From: Catajapyx aquilonaris
Lineage: Eukaryota
Length of the DNA stretch: 28,596 nt
Assembly: GCA_000934665.2 (NCBI GenBank)
Contig: KZ538260.1
Coordinates: 62,001-90,596 of the forward strand
Direction of reading: 5' to 3'
Position numbers and translations under genes: made by a program. Positions 9,961 through 20,800 of the stretch are shown here, piece by piece. Each line of letters begins with the position of its first letter. Position 1 is the first letter of the stretch. Below the pieces are notes generated by a model that saw only the letters and a list, made by a program, of their open reading frames with translations, did no database searches and had not been told where the DNA came from.

Positions 9961-11382
9961 AATACATCTTGCCTGGACACTATTTCCAAAAAAACAAAAG
10001 TTTATTGCAAATATAGAAAACGCGCGCTGGCCAACCAAAATTTAAATTTTGTTTCGTTCTATTGAAATGTCGTTGTAGTGGTATTAGTTAAAGCGAGATT
10101 TGACCTGTAATTGAATTCACAGCAATTGACATTTTCCATAACTGAAATGACAATGCCGAACATTAAAAAAGGATTTACTATTCAGTTTAACAATCCTATT
10201 ACATAGAGTATCGATACCGGTATATCTCAATTCTGTTATTTCGACTTGTATAACTCACCAGAAAACATGGTGTAAGTTGAATAGCCCAATGAAACTTGGC
10301 ACTCAGAAAGCATGCACATTGCACATGCACATGCTGGTTGATTCAACAAGTGAAGTCCTTTGTGGCTGAGCGTACAAAATATCGCCTTCTATAAGGTTGC
10401 TTAGTGCAGCTGACATGCCTTTGTGGCGGTGTTTCTAACATTCGATAGTCGTTTTGCATTAATATCGAAAGGGAGGCGAGTGTAGGCTATGGCATGGAAG
10501 TTGCATCATCCAACGAACGGCATATTATGGTTGCAAGTGTTGCAACGAGTCTTTACCTGAAGACAGTCATGGCTAAATATGGAATCAGTTTCGGATGACG
10601 TTCATTGGTTCAATAGTAATGAAGGTTCAAAAGTCATAGAGGAATACACGAGAGCCACATATACGTAGATAATGATGAGCTATTTGATGCATTTTGCACG
10701 TTTGTTAGGGGAAGATTTACAATAAGCAATCGTGAAAAGCAATGACAGCTGGTCAAAGCAATAATAATTTGAACAATGAGCACATAGCACTGTGTACGTC
10801 TCTTAACATGGGCAGTATATAATTGGATTAAATGTTAACTGGAAATTAATTCTTCCTTGAGGCTCCGTTGCAATAGGACCCTCCAGCAAGACCCATGGCA
10901 AAGCCGGGCGAAAGCTGTTAGGTTTTCCCGCCTGATGTTCGGCTTGGTAATCCACCGCACAAAAGCAATGTTCATGTCTTGTAGTCTTGATGTCAGATGC
11001 AATATGTATCTTTAGAAGTCAATATCTCGTAAACATTTGTAGCTCAGTCGCAATGGACTGCACCTGTCGAATCAACCAGGTGCATGCTTTCTGCATGTCA
11101 AGTTTCATTTGGTCTACTCAACTTACACCAGGTACTGTTTCCTTGTCAGGGTTTGCTTATGTGATCGGTATGGCTGAAGAAATGGATTTTTTTGCATGTA
11201 TAATTATTGGAGCATCTTAGCAAAGTTTTCTAAATGCAAGCCTAAAGTAGGCCTACCAGGGCACTACCGCCATCCATTAGGATAAAAATGGATTTGGAAG
11301 TGTCCCAAGGCGGGACACTGTCTTTGGAGTTGTGATACAATCATGGTAATATATTAAAATACTCTTCAAGGTATGTCAAATA

Positions 11383-11388
11383 TTTATT
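11383..11388 (-). promoter_or_regulatory. Putative polyadenylation signal (AATAAA) of pro-resilin-like gene 2
   Basis: tttatt on the + strand, about 256 nt downstream of the stop codon. Confidence 0.45.
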
Positions 11389-11643
11389 TGAGACCTTTTG
11401 TTTTACAGCATAAACCAACAGCAGACTGTATCTACAAGAACATCAAAATTACAATAATATACGATTATGATCACTATCTAGGTAAACGAGTACAATATCA
11501 GTCTATAGTGTGTAAGCAAAATATACATATATCTAAAACTTTGGCAGCGTCGCATATTGACAAGCGAAATGGCGAACTACTTGGCTTTTTTCTGGGTTTT
11601 TTTTTTCGTAAGGACTAAAACTATCGTTATCACATATATGACA

Positions 11644-12864
11644 TTAACGCCTTCCACGTCTTCCGCCAAGAGGTGCGCCATATGTACTGGAAGGTGAAGC
11701 TCCATACGAGCCTCCGCCACCGCCGCCGCCACCCCCACCTCCCTTGTTGCCACCCCCACCTCCTCCCCCCTTGCCTCCTCCTCCTCCTCCTCCTCCTCCT
11801 CCTCCTCCCTTGCCTCCTCCCCCCCCTGGGGCGCCATATGTGTTGGATGGTCTTGGAGCAGGCCCTGGTGCACCATAGCTATTCGATGGCGATGGCCCTG
11901 GCGCTCCGTACATGCTGGAAGGTCTCGGCGCAGGACCTGGTGCTCCGTAACTATTGGAAGGTGATGGTCCTGGCGCTCCATAGGAATTGGACGGAGATGG
12001 TCCTGGTGCCGGCCCTGGAGCTCCATAGGAGTTAGATGGGGACGGTCCTGGGGCTCCATATGAATTTCCTCCTCCTCCTCCTCCTCCTCCTCCTCCACCG
12101 CCGCCACCGCCTCCGCCACTGGAACCATAGCTACCACCGCCTCCACCAGAGCCGCCGCCGCCAGAGCCGCCTTCATAGTTTACCTGAGCGTTGAAACCAT
12201 TCTGCCAATCAGCGGTATATGTTACTATTTGCCTTCGGCCATCCGGGAGCAGTACTTGATACCAGCCGTTTATGACGTTGCCATCGCTTGATTCCGATTG
12301 ACCAAAGTCTGCTCCATATTCTGGGTCATTCACTTGGTACTGGAAGTTGTAGGGTCGCGGTGGGTACTGCAAGAGACAAATGCGTTAAGGATGCTGCTAA
12401 CTGAATAATTTAGAAATGAGACAACTTACTTGCATTTGCGAACCATAATCGCTACCACCCCCACCTCCTCCTCCTCCCCCACTTCCACCGCCGCCATATC
12501 CGCCACTGCCACCTCCTCCTCCCCCACTGCCACCACCACCACCATATCCACCGCCGCCTCCTCCGCCTCCGCCTCCGCCGCCATATCCCCCACTTCCGCC
12601 GTTGTTTCCGCCGCCTCCTCCTCCTCCCTTATTGCCTCCCCCTCCGCCGCCGCCATATCCTCCACTTCCGCCACCCCCGCCGCCACGTCCTCCTCCACCA
12701 CCACCATATCCACCGGAACCAGAACCACCGCCACCTCCTCCTCCTGGTACACTTATGACTGCTCCAACAGCAACTGCCAAGAGGACAGCAATCTGAAAGG
12801 CAGCGTTAAAACGTAACACCCGATCCAATACCTTGGTATACCCAAGCCTTACTTGAAACTTCAT
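11644..12864 (-). CDS. Pro-resilin-like cuticle protein 2 (RR-2-type chitin-binding domain, poly-Gly and PSNSYGAP repeats), about 365 aa; complement(join(11644..12366,12430..12792,12853..12864))
   Basis: Exon 1 MKFQ, then gtaagg...tttcag; exon 2 signal peptide IAVLLAVAVGAVIS plus poly-G/Y to GSQMQ, then gtaagt...ttgcag; exon 3 YPPRPYNFQYQV...GWYQVLLPDGRRQIVTYTADWQNGFNAQVNYEG, eight YGAP motifs, ending GGRRGRR*. Introns are 60 and 63 bp, phase 0. Confidence 0.93.
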
Positions 12865-12903
12865 GATGGATCTTGCTGATCCACCGTAGAAGTCTCCGAG
12901 GCT

Positions 12904-12941
12904 GACTGATGCTCTTGCCATTGCGCTTAGCTCCTTTTATA
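12904..12941 (-). promoter_or_regulatory. Core promoter of gene 2: TATA box and Inr
   Basis: TATAAAAG (12941-12934) and consensus arthropod Inr TCAGTC (12909-12904), upstream of the ATG at 12864. Confidence 0.75.
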
Positions 12942-12984
12942 CCAAATGGTTATCATCACCGCTTGTCTGGTCACCGTCAATGCC

Positions 12985-13181
12985 CATTTCCCATATTCAG
13001 TTGTATGGTCATGCTTTCGCTACTGGTGAAGCCTCAGATTTTATTTTTTTTTCTTCGTCTGATTATATTTTTATTTTTGTCGTTCCCCATAGGAGATTCC
13101 TCAATGATAGAAGAGAACGTAAGCTTCGAGATGAAGCTTCCCGTAATAGGCGTGAGAATTTTTGGCGACCAAATCTTTTGT
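12985..13181 (-). promoter_or_regulatory. Proximal upstream blocks conserved with gene 1
   Basis: catttcccatattcagttgtatggtcatgct (12985-13015) and ccgtaataggcgtgagaatttttggcgaccaaatcttttgt (13141-13181) match the gene 1 upstream sequence. Confidence 0.6.
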
Positions 13182-15534
13182 GCTGCCCAGAAGGGCTTCA
13201 CACTGATTTGTGGCCTTTATGGTGCACAGCGGAGGACGTTTTCTCTTGCATCATTGTGGTTTTGATGCCAGCGGCGTCTCCTCGTGTTACTTAACACTTG
13301 CAACTTCTTTCCTGAACTCAATTCTGTCATTTTATGAAACTAGCGCAACTGTGACTTGTTTTAGAATGTCGTGTAACATTTTTTCGGCATGATTTGACTA
13401 TAGGTAGGTTCTTCATGACATATTCATTACATTTTTTTTTTTTTTTGCCGTCGCGACGGTATTTTGTTGCTCAGTATACAGACAGGTGAACCAATCCGGT
13501 GAACCACGTTGTTCCACGGAACTACGATCTTACACTATAGGAAGTGGATATCGTGATTCCTATAGGTATTACAACCAAGCATAAGACTACTATTTACCTA
13601 GATTAAAATCTTTGGGATGTGTTCCGATAGTGTCTTACTGTTACTAACTGTTTCATTGCAATGAAAAACATGATTGGAACATGATCTGATCACGAACATT
13701 TGGCCCATGTGAATTAAGGTAGGTGACATGATGAAGAAATGAATAACGCAATATTGCAAATACGATATGATTTATAACGATTCAGACGAACTTATAGATT
13801 GGACTTCTGGGGATCACTATGTCTTGGTGTCATTTGGTTTCCATAGCCTTGGCACTGAGATAATTAGCATTAATCCAAAAGTGAATTTGCCACCTTCTAT
13901 GTTGCTGACACTCAGGCTGTGACACTTTCATTGCCTCGGTGAAGGCCTACTGCACTTAATGAAATAGCAGTTCAGATTGAAATGGAAGTAATTCCTGCAT
14001 TTGAAATTAAAAAGTCAAGGTCATGCAGAGGGTCACAAACCTACCAAGATATTTTATTACTTGTGTGTGAAACCTCATTATCTCTGTAACAAGTCTTAGG
14101 AGGTCAAATACCAACTCTGTACATAAGTGACCCTCTGGTGCCCAGTAGTTCACCCTAGAAGTTTGTCTGAATCGTTACAATAAACCCTGTATAAACTTAA
14201 ATGAGGTGAAGTGGCTCAGTAGTAGACATAGACCAACCCAGATTTGACACATTGAAACCCACAGCATTTCTTTTACCATATGATGGAGCATGATGTGTCG
14301 GTCCCGAGTGGTGTATCTGCTGGACTATTACACTAAATGCTAATGACACCTCTTCATCCTAGTTCGTAGTTCCTATAGGCAAGGACTTCCAATTCTTCAG
14401 CACAACCGGAAAAATGTCCATATTCTGCATCGTTTTGTTTTAAAAAAATATATGAAACAAGAGTATGACATTGCCATTCATCTGACTGCTATAGTCCGAC
14501 TCACCAGCTGGTAATATCATTGCGAAGTGCATCAAAACCGTGGTACTGAATCATCGTGGAAAAAGCAACCTTTAAGGGTCTTTTCCGTATTGACGTGACT
14601 TTGTAGCTCTCCACTTAATTAGCTGAAGTCCGGTTTCAGTTTTTTTCGCATCTTTTACCACCCAAGCACTTCTTTTTGCCCCTTTGGTGCGAAACCGCTG
14701 TTGCGTGACCGTGTAAACCGTCACCAAATCCAAGCCGTAATGAATCGCCGATGGCTCAAATGACATCAGAACTTGTCCCTCGGACATTCCTCTTTTTCGG
14801 GGCTGTCTTTTGCGTGCATTTTACATTGAAGAAGGGCGTGAAATTATACGTCCTCCGTAGCAGCAGTTGGATGGCCCACATTCCTCTGCCACTTTGTGTA
14901 CTCAAGTCGTGAATACAAAGAGTTTACCTCGTACTTTGACGTGTTGTTCCTCCCACCGATCTGCTTTCGCTTTCGCATCAATTCATTCGTGTTTTTATTC
15001 CTAGAACTTGTATAATGCAATCCACGGCGACAGGGGGAAAAAAGCATGGGAATGCGAACTTGTATCCGTGTCAAATGAAATGACGTATATGGGAGGACTA
15101 ATATCATGAAAGGCCACGTAAAACCATTTGGAGTCAGAAGTGCAGAGATTAACCCATTTGTTCCCAGCGTCCTATATATAGGACGGTTGGGGAAAGAATC
15201 TTTCTTAAAGTTGTGCATATAAAATATTACAGAAGAAGCACGCTGAACCACTTCATGAAAGTCTAATCTAGTGGGAGAATGCAGATACATCACATTTCAG
15301 TGATTGCATCAGCCACAATGATTACAAGTTGAATTTTGGGAAATGTGCAAATTTCATAACTGGGGTAACTATATTCTCTTGAGTTATAAATACTTCTAGA
15401 GCTTTGAAAAATAAATACAGTGTATGACTGTTGCAAGAAAGGTTGGGCAAAGCTACCATAAAATATTTACATTGTTGGCCCTTATGAGTGGCGAATGGCA
15501 GCAAGGGAAACAATAGCGTCCTACATGTAGGACG

Positions 15535-15815
15535 ACGACAACAACAACAACACCATCACGACATTTCCCTATAAGGGGTAGTCAGCGATGACGAGAGCCA
15601 CAAGCTAATCCAAAATTAACTAAATTAAAACTTGCAAAAATCAGCCTATAAAACACCCCTCCGGCCCCCCACCCCTGCCCATCTCAGACGACAAACTTTC
15701 AATATTAAATATTAAATTTAAATATTACACGACTATGCAACGCGGTACTTGAGAAAACCATACACACCAACACAANCTGGAAGAGGAATCAGCAACTGCT
15801 AAATTCCTCCAAGTG
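15535..15815 (-). mobile_element. 5'-truncated non-LTR retrotransposon 3' end (clade uncertain, possibly I/Nimb-like)
   Basis: 12-bp TSD acatgtaggacg (15523-15534 and 15816-15827). (GTT)n tail on the minus strand preceded by a stem-loop. Short ORF-end remnant VYGFLK. Confidence 0.7.
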
Positions 15816-15966
15816 ACATGTAGGACGCGGGTAATATATATTGGCACTGACAAAATATGATAAAACTAGACGATCCTTTGTACGCAGTAGGTGTTCTGTG
15901 CATGTTACAAAAATCATTCTGAAGAGTGTAGGTTGATAATACTCATTGGTATTTTAATTCCTAGTG

Positions 15967-16413
15967 CAGGGCTATTCAACCGGCGGACCGCGGTCCGGAT
16001 CCGGACCGCGACGTAATTTTGTCCGGACCGCGACGATATACAGGACAGTTTGAAATAGCATTAGAAGTCACTAATTCATGATTTTTTTGGGAAAAAGTGC
16101 TTCAAATCTCTTTGAACCCCCACAAAAAATTTCGCATGCGGCGGGCTGGCTCCCTGCCCTTTACGGCTTGTTCCCATTGTGCTTATGAAATCGGCGCCAC
16201 TCCGAAAAAATTTCTGTACAGGACTTTATAAAGGGCGAAAATGTCTTAATAGGCCCTTCTACCCTTGCTGGACATGTTTCTATTTTCAAAAATGAACCCT
16301 GTGGTACCATATAAAATCCATATCATTACCCCCCCCCCCCCCGGGGGGGGGTCCGGACTTTCAATGCCCCAGGAAAGGTAAATACCTTGTCATAAACTAG
16401 TTGAATACCCCTG
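15967..16413. mobile_element. hAT (Charlie/Buster-like) MITE
   Basis: TIR cagggctattcaac / caggggtattcaac (13/14), with subterminal ccggaccgcg repeats. Both 8-bp flanks fit nnnTAnnn but differ from each other. Confidence 0.75.
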
Positions 16414-16531
16414 GTCTATACAGCAGAAATAAATATTCTATACTTTCACAATCAATGCCGCAGACGCGCCGAATCTTCCGAGGCTATAAGTAGGCAGTAA
16501 AATCCATGATTGAATTAATTTTGCTTGCCTA

Positions 16532-16967
16532 CCTTGATATACAGTACTATCCAAAATACTAGTCCGACTGCTATGGCTATTTGTTGCCACTAAGTTGCTT
16601 ATTTAGTAGCTGTTATATATTTGCATTGTGACTTTTAATGATTGTCGAAAATATTAGCTACTATAATATTACGCCCACCTGACCCATCCATTCAAGCTCA
16701 CACGATTAGAAATGGCTCCTTGAAAAGTTGAAACAATTGACATCTCTCGTCAATGATACTATATGATACTATCAATGATACATCAATCTACTTTGTGCAT
16801 ACCAGAACCTTTTGCAGGGTGTTTTTTATCAGATGGATCCATACAACTTAATATTAGCAGCTATTAATATTGATAGCCATTAAAAGTAACTGCTTAAATC
16901 AAGCAGCTTAGTGCCAAAAACAGCCATGCAATTGGACGAGTAATTTAGATCACCTTATATTGTCAGG
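16532..16967. mobile_element. Old long-TIR MITE flanked by TA
   Basis: Degenerate inverted arms at about 16532-16670 and 16849-16967 (e.g. ccactaagttgctt vs gcactaagctgctt; acttttaatg in both). Confidence 0.6.
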
Positions 16968-17709
16968 TATTACATGGCGTGACTTGGGACCATACTTTCC
17001 AAGGCGAATAAAGAGAGAGGCCATTGAAAAGTCTCGATGTGATGGGTTGAAATACCCTAATTATTGAATATAGCATATAATACAATCTAAGCATACCAGA
17101 TTCCACCATTGCCACCAGCAATGCCATTCGATGTAAGAATAATTATTGTGCCTTTACACTGCATGGAAAATGACTGAGCAAAAAGTGGAGCGAAAAGTAC
17201 ACGGATTTCCCAGCGTCCTATAGCATATGTAACTTCTTTAGCAATTAAAATTTTATACTGAACTATTTTTTCCATCTTATTTCCGGCATTTTAACGCGTG
17301 TCTTAAAATATTAAAATGTCATCAGTAGATCAACCTTGGGAACAAATGGGTTAAGACGATTTTGTACGTCTTTTAGCACGCTAACTTTTTGTTCAGTGAA
17401 TATGTCCTTCGCAATTACTTCCCTGTCAAAGTGCATGTGAATATAACCGGCTTACGAAAGGTTAAATCATTATGTAGTTAGGGTATTCGCAATATTATAC
17501 AGTATGCTGTGAAGAAAGAATTGCACTTATTGTAAATTGATATTATTAAGGCTAATGGAACTGCATACTGGAACTGGTTAATTGTGTAATATATTTTATT
17601 CAGAAAATGCGATGATTGTTATAACGCAATTCTGTTCTCGATACTCTGGTGATCGCGTTCTATCTATATGCAAAATGAGTACGGTATGCACAAAAATAAC
17701 ATTCATGTA

Positions 17710-17830
17710 CTTATCAGTCCAACAAGAATTGTCGCAGCGGCAGCGCACGAACTACAATCTACGAGCACAGGTATACGAGAGACTGTAGTTCGTGCGCTGC
17801 CGCTTGCGACAATTCTTGTTGGACACCAGG
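17710..17830. mobile_element. Small hairpin MITE, TA-flanked
   Basis: About 40-bp inverted arms gtccaacaagaattgtcgc(a)agcggcagcgcacgaactaca at 17717-17756 and 17784-17824. Confidence 0.7.
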
Positions 17831-20800
17831 TACAGTGCTTGCATGAAGAGCGCTTCTGTTTTGCTTTCTTCCAGTTAATGATTTTGTCAAGATCTTTGGC
17901 ATATTTGCTATTTTTTACTTTTGGCAAAATATATTACGTATTGAAATCACTCAGCTCTATTATAATTAATGGGGCAAAAATATTATCAATTAGATTTTAA
18001 TGTTCTACTGGAACTGCATCTCTTCTATCAGAAAGTTATTAGGGTTGATGCCCTGCTTTTGCGAATTAGTTTTTCTCCACAATCTGTTATATTGTTTCTA
18101 ATGACTCGTAGAGTTTTGTAACACAACGCCCTAAGTGATTTGATGATGAAACTACCTTATGTCTGATTCTCATCATATTCTTCATAATAACCGCTTAATG
18201 ATGCTAGGGAAGAGTTTGATCGGGATCAGACTAATGCAGCTCCATATGTTCAGTCAAGCGTCAAATCAGTGATGGCCAAAAAGGATTGCAAAACCCTAAT
18301 TGCCACATGTCTTTTCTCTGAACAGCCAAAATCCCAAGCTCAACTTTCTTCGACAGGCAAGCTCTTCCTTATTTCTTATTGTAGGCATTCCGTACGCTAA
18401 TTGATGCATGATTTCTAATCCGTCGGTCATCATCCTGCTTTTCCGCTATTTCAATCAAATATTCACACCAATAACCAGCACGTGGCAAATAGGAAGGCAC
18501 GAACGTCGTTGTGAAACCTCACGACATTCCCACTCCCTGACCAAAAATAACGACAAATGTGACCACGGACACCCCTCGAGCTCTGACCAACGTAATATGT
18601 GATTGTCGTCACCCAGAATGACACTAACACGCTGTAACACAATCCTCCTCCACTTTCCCACCACCCTTGTTATTGTGCCGCGCAACACAAGTGCGCCGAA
18701 GTAGATCATAAGTGTTGACTAGGTGACAGCAGTGGCGGGTGGGAGACGTCTCGGAATGGCAAGCGGAAGTAGAAGACCAACTTGTGCTCATCCTTAGGGA
18801 TGTCTTGGACGGCCTATGAGATGACCACCAACTAACCGTAACGTTGGTCTCTCCGACTGACCTGAATCCCGTAATCCCAGTGAAAGTGCTCCGGATGGCA
18901 GGCTTCTTTATTTTTTCTGGCTCAAACGGCTCTTTTTTTTTTTGTACACAAATGGCGTGTAGATGAAGATGGTCACTTCCTCCATATTTCCCCCAGGGTC
19001 GTGTGAATTACAAGGAGCTGAGTAATGAACAGAAAACACGACATTCTTGGCCTCTTTCATTTTTTTTTAGAGGTCCTGAACCTTTGAGTTGACAGAGAAA
19101 GGAAGGTCAAGGGGTTCTCTCTACGGTCATGTGTGATTTCGACTTCCCAGAAAGTCTGTGCACAGGGTTTGGGTGTACTTGCATAGTTGCATGTACTTGC
19201 ATTAGAGGAAAATGCAATGAACACTATACACTACTAATTTCATTGACATTTTTGGGTCAAAATTACACTTTTATCAGAATTAGGAAATACTTGACGCTGC
19301 AAACATGTGAAGTATTTATGTGAGTATTTATATACAATGAATAATATCGCCTTGGGCAGTACTACTTTAACCTCGTAAAACCTAACCTTGCAAGGATTAA
19401 GCGTGGTAATTATCTTGGGTAACACTCCTACTGTTGGATAGTTAAGTAAATTGTATCCTAGAATTATTATTCGACCCTGTGCTATTGCTACTTTTTTTAA
19501 AAAACATACAATATCAGTAATGCCACTCGGAAAACACCCGACTATTCTGGGATGACTACAGAGGAATCCAAAAGGATTCCAGTAAGATGTCAATATTATT
19601 TTTAGTTATAAAGTGGATAGTGAGCATTTTAGTATCGAGCATAATCACTAGGTCTACTAATATCTGAATTGCAGAAAGATCAATCATATTTTGATGAAAT
19701 TAAATTCGGCATTGTTATTAGCGTTTACGTTTTGACGGTCAACTCACTTTTCTGATAGAAACATTACCGTTTCCAAGATCAGTGTTGAAAAAAAAAAAGA
19801 AGATCCCCATAAGAGCTAATTCCATCTTCAAATTTCACACTCTTTTGTCTGGAAATCATTCAAATGTGACTTATTGTTTTGATTTCAGGTCTTCATTTGA
19901 TCAGTCTGCCGCAAGGCGAGTGTTTTGTCTGCCACGGACGTGCTCTATTGTATTGTACAGTACGTATACAGTCTGATCGTGCCAAGGTGCGCACTTCCTA
20001 TCGTTTAGAATTCTTGCGGGTTTATAAAGGTAAAATAGCCCTACTCATTTTGCCTATTTTGGCTCAATTACAAAGATAATGGGTTGTTAAGTTTTTAATT
20101 GCCCTCCCACGCACGATAATATTACCTCGTATTTTGGAGCTTGTCTCTATCTTCTTCAAATAGTCCACCTGAATCTAAGGAACAATACAGTCTACTTGTT
20201 ATGCGTCAAGATTAGATATTATTTTTGGGGAGTTCATTGACATTGTCTCTAACAAAGGTTTGATTGACGCCTCATTTTCAGCTACCTTTCTGTCATGCTT
20301 TGAAACTGTTTATGCAAGTGACCATGAAATATTACCGTACTGTTCATTATGAAGTACACAAGCGGCATTTATGAAGATACAGTTCCATTGCGTTATTTAT
20401 ACCTCACATCACGCAACTTATAGAACATATGGTGTAATCCGACACAAGTTAAGGTTGTAGCATACTGTAGCGACAAATGCAGGCAATTTAAAAATCAATC
20501 GTGAATTCAACTACTCTTTACAAATTGAATCTGGAGCAAAATACGTGTGAGACTACACAATACTGTCTGCGATTTATAATACTGTCACAAAGTGAGGGAA
20601 AAATAGGCGACTTATTTCCGTGTATGGCTACTACGAAACCGGTAGCTATATTACCACCGATCGAGATTTTTTTTACAATAACACGTGAGAAAGGCTTGGC
20701 ATATTTCAAGTAGTAGCAAAAAGGTACTATTGTATGAGAGTCTCCATATGACAAAGGAGTGCGGTCTGGTGAGAGGGTTTGGCATCTCCTTCAGGACGCT

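Larger units (their letters stand above)
15153..17350. mobile_element. Non-autonomous piggyBac element with nested insertions
   Basis: TTAA TSD at 15149-15152 and 17351-17354. Perfect 14-bp TIR CCCATTTGTTCCCA. Internal palindromic repeats CGTCCTA(TATA/CATG)TAGGACG. No transposase ORF. Confidence 0.88.

Noticed and set aside
10450..11340. Coding-like composition with short peptides, possibly a decayed transposase
   Set aside because: Many stops and no motif I can identify; blastx would be needed.
11824..12068. Regularly spaced repeats superficially like a CRISPR array
   Set aside because: They are in-frame coding repeats (YGAP) with no unique spacers and no cas genes, in a eukaryotic context.
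11577..12816. Long alternative ORFs (199-aa Glu-rich, poly-Pro, Ser/Thr-rich)
   Set aside because: Frame shadows of gene 2's Gly/Pro repeats, with no independent promoter or domain.
13800..15130. Possible decayed minus-strand coding sequence (e.g. CDPLHDL near 14015-14042; ORFs at 14572-14787 and 14844-15293)
   Set aside because: Only one short motif, which is not enough to assign a family.
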